Assembly: GCA_963786935.1 (NCBI GenBank)
Contig: CAWBAN010000001.1
Location: 1,529,490-1,593,489 of the forward strand
DNA: 64,000 nt
From: an uncultured bacterium
Lineage (GTDB): Bacteria; Krumholzibacteriota; Krumholzibacteriia; Krumholzibacteriales; Krumholzibacteriaceae
Direction: 5' to 3'
The position numbers and the translations under genes were made by a program. Positions 29,285-39,854 of this stretch are shown here, in pieces (within the stretch, counting starts at the first letter, position 1; each line of letters opens with the position of its first letter). The notes under the pieces are model-generated. The model ran no database searches, was not told where the DNA came from, and saw only the letters and a list, made by a program, of their open reading frames with translations.

Positions 29285-30034
29285 CTAGTTAACAATGACC
29301 GACGCCGACGAATCGAACGGATTCTGCCGCACGGCGAGCGAGAAGAGATACGGGTACTGCCGCCTGAGGTGATCCATGTATCCGAGCCACTCGACGGTGA
29401 GCGCCGCGTACGCGCGTTTGATGTCCCCCTCGAGGTGCTTCAGGTCCGATGCGGGGAGCTTCGAGAAATCGTCCCGCGCCTCGAGCTCCTCCGCGAGGTG
29501 GAACACCGCCCAGAGCATCTCGGTGAACGACTCGTGCTCGAGGAGGTTCGGATTCTCGAGGAGGCCGAGGAGAAAGGTCCGCTCGGCGGCGAGGAGCTTC
29601 TTGAGATTCTCGAAGCTCTCGGCGGTCGGCGCCGGCGCGCAGTCGCAGCCCTTGAAGTAGCGCACGAGCTCCTTGATGTTCTTATCCGGCCAGGTTCCCG
29701 CGGCCGCGAGCCGCGCTCGCTTGTCCGCGGCCGCGGGATCGACCGCGACGAATCCCCTGAGGAGCTTGATACCGACCTCGCTGAAGAACGCCCCGATCAC
29801 CATGTTGAGCTTCTTGAGCATGACGCGCTTCTCGCGCTTCGTGAGCAGCTCGTGAATGACGACCGTCACGAGAAACACCTCGACCGGGAGGAACGCGATG
29901 TCCCCGAGGAGGTAGATGAAGATGTGATGCGCGTCCCGGAACAGGGCGTAGTGCAGCAGGTAGAGCATGGCCGACAGAACGATCAGGGCCGCCCCGAGCG
30001 TCACTTTCCATCCGATCCGGTTCGCGAAGCGCAT
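29285..30034 (-). CDS. Hypothetical membrane protein (two N-terminal TM helices)
   Basis: Hydrophobic N-terminus; 'LLENPNLLEHESF', 'YPYLFSLAVR.NPF'. Confidence 0.75.
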   Translation of the reverse strand: MRFANRIGWKVTLGAALIVLSAMLYLLHYALFRDAHHIFIYLLGDIAFLPVEVFLVTVVIHELLTKREKRVMLKKLNMVIGAFFSEVGIKLLRGFVAVDPAAADKRARLAAAGTWPDKNIKELVRYFKGCDCAPAPTAESFENLKKLLAAERTFLLGLLENPNLLEHESFTEMLWAVFHLAEELEARDDFSKLPASDLKHLEGDIKRAYAALTVEWLGYMDHLRRQYPYLFSLAVRQNPFDSSASVIVN

Positions 30035-30037
30035 CGG

Positions 30038-30868
30038 CTACTTGCCCTCTCCCTCCTCGAGCTTCTGCTGCATCTTCTTCATCTCGTCCATCATGTCCTT
30101 CGAGCCGGGGCCCGTGACCTTGATCGTGGAGGCGTCGAAGAGCTCGTCGGGAAGCCCCGAGTTCACCTTGACCGACTTGACGACGCCGGTCGAGATGAGC
30201 TCATTGCCCGAGTACATCTCGGTCTTGTAGGGCATCTCGAAATCAGCCGTGACCTTCCGGTAATCCGAGAGGAGGATCACCGACGCGACCCCCTCCTGCG
30301 GCTTTCCTTCCATCTTCATGACGCGGAAGCCTTTCTGGTCGATCCAGAGCTTCGCGTATTCCGAGGATTCGTCGATCACCGAGAGGACATAGCACATGAC
30401 CTCTCCGACCTTCTCGCTCCCGATGATCTCCGCGTCGACCGGCATGTAATCGGTGCAGCTCCACTTGGCCCGGTATTTCTCCGCTTCCTCCGGGGGGATT
30501 TGCGATTTGCCCATCATCGGATTGACGATCCAGGCGCTTTTCCCGTCGCCGATGACGATCGTCTTCATTTCCCCCATGCCGGCGGGCATTCCCATATCCT
30601 CCATGCCCTCCATCGAGACCTCCACCCGGAACATCTTCCCCTTGCTGTAGAGCAGGGTGTTCGACTTCATGGAGCCGTCGGACGACGGCACGTCCATCTC
30701 CATCTCCCAGCTCAAATCCTTGATGCTCTGCTGATACTTCGTGCAGCTCTCGATCATCCGCTTCGACAGGCTCGCCCACGTTTCCGCGGAGCTGCACGCG
30801 GGAAGCATCGATCCCGAAGCGAGCAGGACGAGGGCCGCGACGGCCGCGAACACGATCGAACGTTTCAT
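30038..30868 (-). CDS. Exported LolA-like / outer-membrane lipoprotein-sorting fold protein
   Basis: Signal peptide; 'KLWIDQK', 'LSDYRKV', 'VKVNSGLPDELF'. Confidence 0.65.
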   Translation of the reverse strand: MKRSIVFAAVAALVLLASGSMLPACSSAETWASLSKRMIESCTKYQQSIKDLSWEMEMDVPSSDGSMKSNTLLYSKGKMFRVEVSMEGMEDMGMPAGMGEMKTIVIGDGKSAWIVNPMMGKSQIPPEEAEKYRAKWSCTDYMPVDAEIIGSEKVGEVMCYVLSVIDESSEYAKLWIDQKGFRVMKMEGKPQEGVASVILLSDYRKVTADFEMPYKTEMYSGNELISTGVVKSVKVNSGLPDELFDASTIKVTGPGSKDMMDEMKKMQQKLEEGEGK

Positions 30869-30878
30869 CGGATACCTC

Positions 30879-32288
30879 CTATCTGAGCATTTCGCGCATC
30901 GGATCCCACGCGGGAAGCGTCTCGGGCTTCGTCGCGAGGATCGAGAGCACCTCCGGCGAAACGAAGCTCTTGTTGACGATCACGCCGTAGACAAACTGAT
31001 CGAACCAGTCGTCGTACATCGTCCAGTAGCCCTTGTCGCCGATATCGGTCCCCCACGAGTTTTCGACTCGCCACTTCGCCGGTTTCCCCCCGGCGAGCGT
31101 GTCGGCGCCGACGAAAACCATCGCGTGGTTGGGGGAGCTGTCGAAGTAGAGAATCCGCTCCGCCTTCGTGAGCTCCATATTCACGCCGAGGAGCGACGCA
31201 TAATCGTACATGCCGAGCGCGAAGATGCCGTCCTTCTTGTCGTTCTCGGCGCCGGCGTCGGCGGCGAACCACACCGGCTCCCCCGCGTAGAGCGCCTTGA
31301 GGACGAATCCCTTCACGTCCCGGATGCTCATGTTGACGAAGTCCATATCGGGGGCGTCGGCGAGGTTCCGGTCGTACTTGATCCGGTAGTACTTCCCGTA
31401 CGGCTTCGCCGGATGATCGAAGATCGCGACGTAATCGCCGAGCTTCACGCCGGCGGCGTCCCGGTAGAACGAGAGCGGCGTGTGCTTCGCCTCGTGGATC
31501 TTCCCGTCCTTGTCCTCGTAGCGCCAGACGAACTCCGCCGGCGGGAGCCCGAGGTGCAGGACGAGGAGCCGGTAGACGTCCTTGAGCATCGCGATCTTGC
31601 GCGCCTCGAGCGCGGGGCCCTTGGCGCCTTTCGCGGCCATCGCGCGCAGCTCGACGGCGTCGCGGCGCAGGAGCCGCGAGAGGAGCGTGTTCATCATGCC
31701 GGTGTTCTTCGTGTTGTTCGTCTCGGGCATGACCTCCTTCGGCACGGCGCCGTACTTGTCGATGAGCACGACGACGAACGACCACCAGCCGCCGTCGGGA
31801 ATCGGATCCTTCGTGAGCACCTGGAGCTCGCGGTCGTCGAGGTCACGGTCGCGCGTCTCGATCACGGCCTCGAGGAAGAGATTCGCCTTCTCGAGCTTGT
31901 CCCAGAAAAAGAGGTACGGCTGCGAGAATTCGAACGCCGAGAGGTTGTGCTTCTTCATGACGGCGGGGCGCATGATGTTGAGCCCCGCGAAGAGCCAGCA
32001 GCGGCCGCTCGAGGCCTGATCCGTGATGCCCTTCGCGTCGACCTTGTAGTTGAACAGGTCGTCGTGCCGGTTGTAGAGCTCGCGGTTGAGAGCGAGGCTC
32101 TTGATGTCGTTGCTCGTGATGGCGTTCATGAGGGCGCGCGTCTGCGCGTCGAGCGTGAACGACGATTGGATCTCCTTCAGCACCTCGGGGGTGAGCGCCG
32201 GCCCCTTCTGGGCGAACGCGGGCGCCGCGGCGAGGAGCAGAACGAACAGGAGAACAGCCGGGACGAATGCGAGGCGAAGAACCTTCAT
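30879..32288 (-). CDS. pepC: Aminopeptidase C / bleomycin hydrolase (C1B) with signal peptide
   Basis: Catalytic 'DQASSGRCW', 'NHAM', 'VENSWG'. Confidence 0.92.
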   Translation of the reverse strand: MKVLRLAFVPAVLLFVLLLAAAPAFAQKGPALTPEVLKEIQSSFTLDAQTRALMNAITSNDIKSLALNRELYNRHDDLFNYKVDAKGITDQASSGRCWLFAGLNIMRPAVMKKHNLSAFEFSQPYLFFWDKLEKANLFLEAVIETRDRDLDDRELQVLTKDPIPDGGWWSFVVVLIDKYGAVPKEVMPETNNTKNTGMMNTLLSRLLRRDAVELRAMAAKGAKGPALEARKIAMLKDVYRLLVLHLGLPPAEFVWRYEDKDGKIHEAKHTPLSFYRDAAGVKLGDYVAIFDHPAKPYGKYYRIKYDRNLADAPDMDFVNMSIRDVKGFVLKALYAGEPVWFAADAGAENDKKDGIFALGMYDYASLLGVNMELTKAERILYFDSSPNHAMVFVGADTLAGGKPAKWRVENSWGTDIGDKGYWTMYDDWFDQFVYGVIVNKSFVSPEVLSILATKPETLPAWDPMREMLR

Positions 32289-32366
32289 GGAACGGTCTCC
32301 TTTCTCGTGTTGTCGCTGCCGGTCATCAGGGGATACGAGAATAGCGCATCGACGAGCGCCGTTCAA

Positions 32367-33176
32367 TCAAAAGACGAGCTCGGCAGCGCCTTCGGGGATC
32401 CACGTGCGATCGCCGCTCTCGAGCTCCACCTGCCACCAGCCGGGGCGCCGCTCGATGAGCCGGAACTCGGTCCCCGTGTGGAGCGGCTCCTTGAAGCTCG
32501 GCTGGTACGTGTCTGCGTCTCCCATGCGGCCGATCGTCTCCTCGGCGACGATGACCCCCTCGGGCGTCCGCGCGAGGCTCGCCGAATCCACGACGAGCGA
32601 TACGAGAAACGCGGCGCTCGCGACGGCCGCGACGGCGATGACGATCTTGAGCCAGCCGGCCTTCAGGAGGAGGCGCACGAGCGCCGCGATCCAGAGCGCG
32701 CCGAAGGATATCGCGAAGATAACGAGCTTGAGCCGCGACGGGATGTCGTAGTGGAGGAAGAAGAGCGTCTTGAGCACCTTCTCCTTCTGCCGCGGCTCGA
32801 TGCGGTCCGCCCGGCGGTTCCGCGCGTAGTCGAGGTTCTGCCGGAGATTCGGGTCGTTCCGCATGATGAGCTCGGCGCGCTTGTAGTTGAGAATGGCGCG
32901 CCCCGTATCGCCGAGGCGGAAATAGGCGTTTCCGACGTTATAGTAGAGCTTGCCGTTCCGCACGCCGCCGTTCTTCGCGATCGCCTCGTAGTGGAGAATC
33001 GCCTCCTGATAGTACGCCTTCGCGGCGTCGGGATCGCTCCGGTCGAGCTCCATCGCGCGGCGGAATTGCTGCTCGGCCTGCGCGAGGTGGGTCGAGAGCT
33101 CCTGATCGCTCAGGCGCGCATCGGCTTGAGCGGCGATCGCCAGGATGAGAATCAGTATACCGGCGAAATGTCTCAT
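32367..33176 (-). CDS. batE: BatE-like TPR + TM + SH3 protein
   Basis: 'YYNVGNAYFRLGDTGRAILNY', two TMs, C-terminal 'LHTGTEF..GWWQVEL..G..TWI'. Confidence 0.8.
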   Translation of the reverse strand: MRHFAGILILILAIAAQADARLSDQELSTHLAQAEQQFRRAMELDRSDPDAAKAYYQEAILHYEAIAKNGGVRNGKLYYNVGNAYFRLGDTGRAILNYKRAELIMRNDPNLRQNLDYARNRRADRIEPRQKEKVLKTLFFLHYDIPSRLKLVIFAISFGALWIAALVRLLLKAGWLKIVIAVAAVASAAFLVSLVVDSASLARTPEGVIVAEETIGRMGDADTYQPSFKEPLHTGTEFRLIERRPGWWQVELESGDRTWIPEGAAELVF

Positions 33177-33487
33177 CGAGAATACTTGCCTTTTCTTTCC
33201 CGTCCGACAGCGGCGCCGCAGGATCTCAATCTGCGCCCGGCCGCCTTCTCCTCATTTGTCTCGTAATGTGCGGCGTATAGATCGAGCACGCGGCGAATCA
33301 GCTTCTGATACTGCGTGTTGTTTCTCTCCGCTGCCCGCTTGAAGAAATTGATGCTCGCGAGACTCAGCGAGATCGTCACTTTGACGGTTATTGGAGCGTT
33401 AATGAGCTCTTCCGGCGGGGGAAGGAAATCCTCAACAATCTCCAGATCACCCATGGGTTCATCCGTATATCTTATTCTTTTTTTCAT
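33173..33487 (-). CDS. brnA: BrnA/CopG-type RHH antitoxin
   Basis: 'VEDFLPPPEEL', 'VKVTISLS..SINFFK', 'YQKLIRRVLD'. Confidence 0.82.
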   Translation of the reverse strand: MKKRIRYTDEPMGDLEIVEDFLPPPEELINAPITVKVTISLSLASINFFKRAAERNNTQYQKLIRRVLDLYAAHYETNEEKAAGRRLRSCGAAVGRERKGKYSR

Positions 33488-33749
33488 AGAGTCTTCGTCC
33501 CCTTCGCCAATAGCCCGCGCCAATTATCCTCGCAGAACCCTTTCGGCGCGTGAACCTGACCGTTAACACCCTTCCTTCGACAAGCCCCATGCAATAGAAT
33601 CTCTCCTCGCATAAGCTGTGGCTCTTGTCCCTCATGATGAGACGTTTGGGATCCTCGAAAGCTCCGACGGCCGACTCAAACGAGATCCCGTGCTTCGCCT
33701 GGTTCTCCAGGTCCTTGGCCTCATCCCACTCAAACCCCTCACACCCCAT
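33459..33749 (-). CDS. brnT: BrnT family toxin
   Basis: 'FEWDEAK..N.AKHGISF', 'HS..EERF', 'RIIGA'. Confidence 0.9.
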   Translation of the reverse strand: MGCEGFEWDEAKDLENQAKHGISFESAVGAFEDPKRLIMRDKSHSLCEERFYCMGLVEGRVLTVRFTRRKGSARIIGAGYWRRGRRLYEKKNKIYG

Positions 33750-33755
33750 ACCATC

Positions 33756-33787
33756 ACTATATTCACGTATTGCTTATTTTGCAATAC
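33756..33787 (-). promoter_or_regulatory. brnT promoter (leaderless) with operator
   Basis: TTGCAA-N17-TATAGT-N6-ATG; inverted repeat GTATTGC-N7-GCAATAC at 33767-33787. Confidence 0.7.
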
Positions 33788-33803
33788 TAAAATATGTATA
33801 TTT

Positions 33804-35717
33804 TTAAATGTCTTTCGTTTCCTCGAGAATTCGGGCCGCCTCCAGAGCGCGTTTGATGAACCCCTCCCGGTCGGCCGCCGGCGAATGGTCCCCCGCGTAG
33901 GCGCCTGCCTCGCACGAGCCCATCACCTCTCGCATCGCGGCGATCGCCTCGGACGGGGCGCCCTTCTCCCCGAGAATCCTCACGACGTCCCCCGTCGTGA
34001 GGGTCGAGCCGGCCGTCGCGAGCTTGTCGCCGAGATAGTCGCGCATCGCGCCGAGCACCTGCTCGCAGAGCGGGGCGCCCGAGACGTCCTGCTTGGCGAT
34101 CGCGTCGAGGCGCCGCTTGAGCCGCCGGTACGCGCTCCGCGCCGCGCGTCCCTCGACGTCGGCCTCGCGGCGGCGCCGCGCGATCGTCGTCGTGAGGAGC
34201 GCCGCGTACGCGGCGAGCGGCAGGAAGAGCGCCGCGAGCCACGAAGGGCTCGAGAGCGCGGAGACGAGCCCGAACTGCTGCGGCTTCAAGACGCCCGCGC
34301 CCTCGTAGTTGTACGCGATCCCTTCCTTCCACCCCTCGAGCGGGCTTCCGAGAGGACCCGACGAGCTCCCCTCCGCGTCCACCGCGGTCACGACCTTCGT
34401 CGAGTGGACGACGATCGGAATCGGGGCGGTCGAGATCGTCTCGTAGCGCCCCTTCTTCGTGTCGAAATACGCGAGCGCGATCGGCGGGATCTCCTTCACG
34501 CTCTCGTTCTTCGCGCGGATCGTCTGCGTGAAGACCTTCGATTTGCCGGCGATCTTGCCGTCCGCGCGCTCGTCGGGGATCTTGAAGTAGGTCGCGAGCT
34601 CCGTCTGATTGCCGAGGGGCGGGAGATCGACGTGGCCGAGATAGTCGGGTCCGGTGAGCGTCACCTTGAGCGTGATCGGGTCCCCGACGCTCACGTCGAG
34701 CGGCGAGGCGCTCGCCGAAATCCGGTATTCGCCGATGTGCCCGGCGAAATTCGCGGGACGCCCTTCCCGGGGGAGCTCCTTCACGCCGAGAACGAGATTG
34801 TTCGACGGCACGACGTACTTCTTCATCGCGCCGCGCCGTGCCCCGAAGAATCCGTCGCTGAAGAAATCGTCGAAGAAATCGCGGCCACGGAGGCTCCCGC
34901 TCACCGCCGCGCACTGCACGCTCGACTCGGGGATGACGAGCGTGCCCGCGCGCTTCGGGAAGAGCGCCTTCTTGAAGCTGATCGTCGCGTAGTTCCGCCC
35001 GTCGAGCGTCCCCGTCCCCTTCTCCGCGATGACCTCCTGCCCGCCGACGGGGATGCGGTAGTACTTCTTGCTTTGGTCGATCGCGACCTCCGGCGTCTCG
35101 ATGTCGAAATCGGCGCTCCCGAGCACCGGCATCGAGAAGACAAACTCTTCGACGTCGCGCCCGATGTACCACGTCACGGTGAGCATCACGGGCTCGCCGA
35201 CGTAGCAGGTCGAGCGCGAGAGGCTCATCCGCAGCTTGAAATCCTGCGTCTCGACCGGCGTGTCGACGCCGACCACGACGGCGTTCGCGTTGTACGTCTG
35301 CCCCTTCACTTTGACGGGGACGGCGGGGATCGTGAGCCGTCCCTTGCGCTTCGGCGTGAGGCTGAACTGCAGGATGAAGCGGCGCTGCACCTGACGCTGC
35401 ATCTTGCCGTTGATGACGGTGATCGACTGGCTGCTCGAGTTCTGCCCGCCGAGGTACTGCGCGGCAAAATCGGGCCCGAACGCCGAGACGTCGGGGGGCG
35501 TGGCGTTGTCGGCGCCGTCGACGACAAGCTGGTAGACGAATGTCTCGCCCATGTAGACCGTCTCGGATTCGACGTAGGCCTGGACGACGACCTCCTCGGC
35601 CGCGGCGCTCGCCGCGCCGATCACCAGCGACGCGAGAATGGCGAACGCGCCGATCGCGCGCACGATATCGCGCCGATCGCGCTTCATCGCTTCGCCATTG
35701 GTCCGTTTGACCCGCAC
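33804..35717 (-). CDS. batD: BatD family protein (start may be 35687)
   Basis: Signal, Ig-like repeats, 'SITVING', 'YVGEP', 'VGDPITL', C-terminal TM. Confidence 0.88.
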   Translation of the reverse strand: MRVKRTNGEAMKRDRRDIVRAIGAFAILASLVIGAASAAAEEVVVQAYVESETVYMGETFVYQLVVDGADNATPPDVSAFGPDFAAQYLGGQNSSSQSITVINGKMQRQVQRRFILQFSLTPKRKGRLTIPAVPVKVKGQTYNANAVVVGVDTPVETQDFKLRMSLSRSTCYVGEPVMLTVTWYIGRDVEEFVFSMPVLGSADFDIETPEVAIDQSKKYYRIPVGGQEVIAEKGTGTLDGRNYATISFKKALFPKRAGTLVIPESSVQCAAVSGSLRGRDFFDDFFSDGFFGARRGAMKKYVVPSNNLVLGVKELPREGRPANFAGHIGEYRISASASPLDVSVGDPITLKVTLTGPDYLGHVDLPPLGNQTELATYFKIPDERADGKIAGKSKVFTQTIRAKNESVKEIPPIALAYFDTKKGRYETISTAPIPIVVHSTKVVTAVDAEGSSSGPLGSPLEGWKEGIAYNYEGAGVLKPQQFGLVSALSSPSWLAALFLPLAAYAALLTTTIARRRREADVEGRAARSAYRRLKRRLDAIAKQDVSGAPLCEQVLGAMRDYLGDKLATAGSTLTTGDVVRILGEKGAPSEAIAAMREVMGSCEAGAYAGDHSPAADREGFIKRALEAARILEETKDI

Positions 35718-35720
35718 CTT

Positions 35721-36599
35721 CTACCAATCCTTCCCGACCGGCCGGTAGCCGGCGTTCTGACGCTGCTGGTCCTTGCGATCCTCTTTCTCCTGATCGAGAA
35801 TCTCCCGCGCGGTGGCGTCGCGGGCAAGCTGTTTCTTTTGCTCATCCTTCGGGGCGCCTTGCTTGTTCTTGTCGTCCTGCTTCTTCTGGTCCTTGTTTTC
35901 CTCGGCGCCCTGCTGTTGCTGCTGCTGATCCTGCTGCTGTTGGTTTTGCCGGCCTTCCTGCTGTTGTTGCTGGTTCTGCTGGTCTTTTTGGTCCTGCTGG
36001 CCCTGCTGCTGGTTCTGCTGGTTCTGCTGATTCTGCTGATTCTGCTGGCCGCCCTGTTGCTGCTGCCGCTGCTGCTTGTCGAGCAGATCCTTTATCTTGA
36101 GGCGCGCGATCTCGAGATTCTCGGCGGCCTTCTTGTTCTCCGGATCCTTCTCGAGCGCCGTCGAGTAATTTTTCACGCTCTCCTGGAGGCTCTCGAGCGC
36201 CTTCTGCAGATCGCTGTCCTCCTGGCGCTTGGCCTCCTCGAAGGAGACGTTCCCGAGGTTATACCACGCCTTCGATTCGAACGGGAGGCTCTTCGTCTTC
36301 GATGCGGCGGCGCGGAACTGCTCGCGCGCCTTCTCGAGGTCCCCCTGCTTGTAGAACGCGGCGCCCCTGTTGAAGGCGACGATCGGCGACTCGGGCGCCT
36401 TCACCGAAGCGCGGTCGTAGAGATCGAGCGCCTTGCCGAAATCCTTCTTGTCGTACTGCCGGTTGCCCTTCGAGACGAGGCGGCCCGGCGACTCCGCGCG
36501 GGCGGCGCCCGGCGCGAGCGCGACCGCCGCGGTCGCGTATATGCAGAGCGCGAGCCCCGCGCGGGCGCCCCGAGCGATCATCGAGCGAATATTTCTCAT
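35721..36599 (-). CDS. batC: BatC-like TPR protein with Gln-rich tail
   Basis: TPRs 'FNRGAAFYKQG', 'WYNLGN'; poly-Q linker; ends 'KDW'. Confidence 0.85.
   Translation of the reverse strand: MRNIRSMIARGARAGLALCIYATAAVALAPGAARAESPGRLVSKGNRQYDKKDFGKALDLYDRASVKAPESPIVAFNRGAAFYKQGDLEKAREQFRAAASKTKSLPFESKAWYNLGNVSFEEAKRQEDSDLQKALESLQESVKNYSTALEKDPENKKAAENLEIARLKIKDLLDKQQRQQQQGGQQNQQNQQNQQNQQQGQQDQKDQQNQQQQQEGRQNQQQQDQQQQQQGAEENKDQKKQDDKNKQGAPKDEQKKQLARDATAREILDQEKEDRKDQQRQNAGYRPVGKDW
35870..36080 (-). repeat. Low-complexity CAG/AAC (Q/N-rich) coding repeat in batC
   Basis: (ctg/ctggtt) runs on + strand encoding QQNQQNQQ... Confidence 0.85.
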
Positions 36600-37610
36600 G
36601 CCGATTTGCGCCTCCTCTCCCCCACGATCGTCTCGGCCGCGAGCAGCCCGAGCGCCACGGCGAGGAATATCTGGAATTTCTCCTCGTAGAGCGTCATCGT
36701 CTTGGCCTCGAGCTCGCGCTTCTCCTCGCTCGCGACGAGCTTGAGGTAGACGTCGCCGAGATCGATCGCGCCGGTGGCGACGTTGAGGTATTTGCCGCCC
36801 GGGGTCGCGTTCGCCATCTTCCGGAGCGTGTTCGCGTCGAGGCGGCTCCATACCTCCCGGCCGTTGTACGTCATGAAAACGCGGTTTCCCTGCTCGTCGG
36901 TAATCGGGATCCGCCGCCCCTGCCCCTCGTCGCCGATGCCGATCGCGATGATGCGGATGCCCTTCTCGCCGGCTTCCTGCGCGGCCTCGACGGGGAACGA
37001 GTCGTGGTCCTCACCGTCGGTGATGAGAATGACGTCCTTGTACTTCTTCTCCTGCGTGTCGAAGCCCTCGTCCATCGCCTTGCGGATCGCGTCGCCGATC
37101 TTCGTGCCGCCGCGCGAGACGGCGTTCACGTCGACGTCGTCGAGGACGAGCTCGAAGAATCCGTAATCGAGCGTGAGCGGCACCTTGAGCACGGCGTTCC
37201 CCGCGAAGACGATTAATCCGACGCGATCCCCCTGCAGCCGCTCCACCATGTCCTTGATCGCGAGCTTCGAGCGCTCGAGGCGGTTCGGCACGAGGTCCTC
37301 GGCGAGCATGCTCTTCGAGACGTCGAGGATGACCATGACGTCGCGGCCGCGCCGCTCGATCGTCTGCGGCTTCGGGTTCCACGCGGGGCGCGCGCGCGGC
37401 GAACGCCACGAACGCCACCGCGAGCGTCACGAGGACCGCCTTGGTCGTGCGCCCGGCGCCGCTCGCGCTGAGCCCGATGCGTTCGAGCAGATCCTCCTCG
37501 ACGAACGCGCGGAGCGCCTGCCGGCGCCGGTAGGCCGCCCACACGTAGAGAAACACGACGACCGGCACGAGCCAGAGGAGGTAGAGCATATTGATGTTGC
37601 CGATGTGCAT
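36596..37610 (-). CDS. batB: BatB VWA protein (frameshift near 37395 in a CG dinucleotide run)
   Basis: N-terminal TMs in one frame; MIDAS 'DVSKSM', 'RVGLIVFAG', 'LITDGEDH' in another. Confidence 0.87.
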
Positions 37611-37675
37611 AATGTCTCACCCGGCCCCGCAGGCATCGCACCGCCCGCGGCCGGCCGCGGCCCCGCCGCGGGCCG

Positions 37676-38749
37676 TCACGGAATCCTCCGAAAAATCGTG
37701 TTCGCGAGCGCGACCTCGGCCAGCATCACGCAGAGCGCGGCGATCGCGAAGCTCGCGAAGAGCTCCTTGTAATCGACGAAGCGGACCGACTCGATCTCGC
37801 TCGTCTCCATCTTGTCTATCTCTTCGTAAATCGCCCGCAGCGATTTCTCGTCCTCCGCCATGAAGAACTTGCCGTTCGTGATCTCGGCGACCTCGCGGAG
37901 CGTCTCCTGATCGACCCCCTCGGCCACCGGCACCTTGAAATCCCCGAAGAGCGTGCGCACGGTGCGCACCGCTTCGCTCCCCCCGACGCCGATCGCGTAG
38001 ATCTTGATGCCCCATTCCTTCGCGAGCGCGGCGGCCTCGGGAGGCTGGCGCCGCCCGTAGTTGTTCTGCCCGTCGGTGAGGAGGATCATGATCTTGCTCT
38101 TGATCTCGTATTCCTTCCCCCCCGACTCCTGCGCGTGACGCGAGAGATCCTCCTCCGCCGTCCGAAGCCGCGCCGCGGCGAGCGCAATCGCGTCCCCGAT
38201 CGAGGTGCCGTCCTCGTTCTGCCGCGTGACGACCTTGACGCTCTCGAGGAAGCGCATGAGCGCCCCGTGCTCGAGGGTGAGCGGCGCCATCGTGTCGGCG
38301 TAGCGGGCGAAGGCGACCATCCCGACGAGATCGTTCGGGCGTCCCTTGAGCGTTTTCCCGTTCCCCATGATGAACTCGGTGAACACGCTCTTCACCGCGG
38401 CGAGCCGGTCCGCACGGCGCCCGAGGAAATCCATCTCGGTCCCCATGCTCCCCGAGCGGTCGAGCACCATCTCGATCGCGATCCCCTTCGTCACGTCCTT
38501 GACCTTCTCGTGCCCCTGCTGCGGCCGCGCGAGCGCCGCGACGAGGAGCACGAGCGCGAGAACGCGGAGCATGAGGGGCAGAGCCGCAAAGGTCGTGCGC
38601 AACGAAGCGCCGGCGCGCCGGACGTTCCCGACGGTCGGGAAGCGCAGCGTGCCCGGCCTCCCGAAGCGCCAGAGATAGAGCGCGAGGAACGGAATGACGA
38701 GGAGGGCCAGGAAGGCCCACGGGGTCGCGAATCTGATGCCGTGGAGCAT
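37676..38749 (-). CDS. batA: BatA VWA protein
   Basis: 'ALARPQ', MIDAS 'DRSGSM', 'GTSIGDAI', 'LLTDGQNN'. Confidence 0.9.
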   Translation of the reverse strand: MLHGIRFATPWAFLALLVIPFLALYLWRFGRPGTLRFPTVGNVRRAGASLRTTFAALPLMLRVLALVLLVAALARPQQGHEKVKDVTKGIAIEMVLDRSGSMGTEMDFLGRRADRLAAVKSVFTEFIMGNGKTLKGRPNDLVGMVAFARYADTMAPLTLEHGALMRFLESVKVVTRQNEDGTSIGDAIALAAARLRTAEEDLSRHAQESGGKEYEIKSKIMILLTDGQNNYGRRQPPEAAALAKEWGIKIYAIGVGGSEAVRTVRTLFGDFKVPVAEGVDQETLREVAEITNGKFFMAEDEKSLRAIYEEIDKMETSEIESVRFVDYKELFASFAIAALCVMLAEVALANTIFRRIP

Positions 38750-38771
38750 ATCGAACGGCCTCAAGCGCCCG

Positions 38772-39854
38772 TCACGAGGCGTCGCCCGCGGGCGCCGCCT
38801 CGGCGGCCTCGGCCTTCACCTCCTCCCGCGCCTTCGTCGCTTCGATGAAATCCTTGCACGTCGCGAAGGTGCGCTCGACGTCCTCGATCGAGGGCTCGAG
38901 CGCCGCGAACTTCACGAGATCGCAGTGAACGAGGAATTGCCCGAGAATGTCCTTTTTCCGCGCGTCCACGGGGAGGGCCGGGCTCACTTCGACGAGGAAC
39001 TCTTCCGTCGTGCGCTCGGGCGCCTTGAGAGCGAAGCGGTCCTCTATGTATTCGCGGAGAACGTCCGCCACCTCGGCGGTGAACTCGCGGTAGAGCTTCT
39101 CCTCGATGAGACGGCGCGCGAGGAGCGCCTCGAGCTTGCGATAGGCGACCTCGTGCGCGGAAAGCGGCGGGACGAATTTCTCCCTGATGCGGCGCCGCTT
39201 CCAGAGAATGATGAACGCCGCCGCGGCGGCGGCGACGCAGCCGATGACGATGAGAACGTTCCTCCATCCGAACGGAAATTTCTCGGGCGGCGCGATATCG
39301 TTGATGTCGAGCGAGGCCTTGTCGGCCGGGAGCAGCGACTTCACGACGACGGCGATCGTGTCGGATGAGAGCGAATGCCGCGTGCTGTCCCCCTCCTGAT
39401 AGAAGGCGACCTCCATCGGCGGGATCTTATACTCCCCCGAGAGGAACGGCTCGAGCTCGTAGAGGCGCTTCGTGACGACGGCGCCGTCCTTGGCGAGCTC
39501 GGGCTGGAAGTTCCGGTAGTCCACGATGCCGAACTGGTCGAGCTTCTCACCGAATTTCGGGAGCTCCGCGCGCCAGCCCTTCTGCGCGCGCGTCTCGACG
39601 AGCATCTTCACGCGCTCGGCGATCGTGACGGCGCTGTCGCTGAGCGAGACGGTGAAGCTCACCGGGCCGCTCTCGAAGGCGCGCGCGACCCTATACTCCT
39701 TCTCCCCATCCGCACCTCCCTTATCACACGAAAAGCAAAATGCCGTTATGGCCGAGACAACTGCCAGCGCTCCGATCGCGCACGCGCGTCTCAGCGAGAA
39801 ACAGCATCGATGTATAGAACCGGCACGATAATATATCATCGTTTCATCATGCAT
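38772..39854 (-). CDS. Bat-operon membrane protein (BatD-like Ig + DUF4381-like)
   Basis: 'INDIAPP', TM, 'LREYIEDRF..APERTTEEF', 'CDLVKFA'. Confidence 0.75.
   Translation of the reverse strand: MHDETMIYYRAGSIHRCCFSLRRACAIGALAVVSAITAFCFSCDKGGADGEKEYRVARAFESGPVSFTVSLSDSAVTIAERVKMLVETRAQKGWRAELPKFGEKLDQFGIVDYRNFQPELAKDGAVVTKRLYELEPFLSGEYKIPPMEVAFYQEGDSTRHSLSSDTIAVVVKSLLPADKASLDINDIAPPEKFPFGWRNVLIVIGCVAAAAAAFIILWKRRRIREKFVPPLSAHEVAYRKLEALLARRLIEEKLYREFTAEVADVLREYIEDRFALKAPERTTEEFLVEVSPALPVDARKKDILGQFLVHCDLVKFAALEPSIEDVERTFATCKDFIEATKAREEVKAEAAEAAPAGDAS

Noticed and set aside
23252..36689. Very long ORFs antisense or out of frame to real genes (e.g. 33618-36689 +, 30741-33266 +, 25887-27905 +)
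   Set aside because: Shadow ORFs caused by high GC3 codon bias; the opposite strand has clear family motifs
37385..37400. Phase-variable or programmed frameshift in batB at a (CG)n run
   Set aside because: A sequencing slip is more parsimonious given the other indels; cannot be separated without reads
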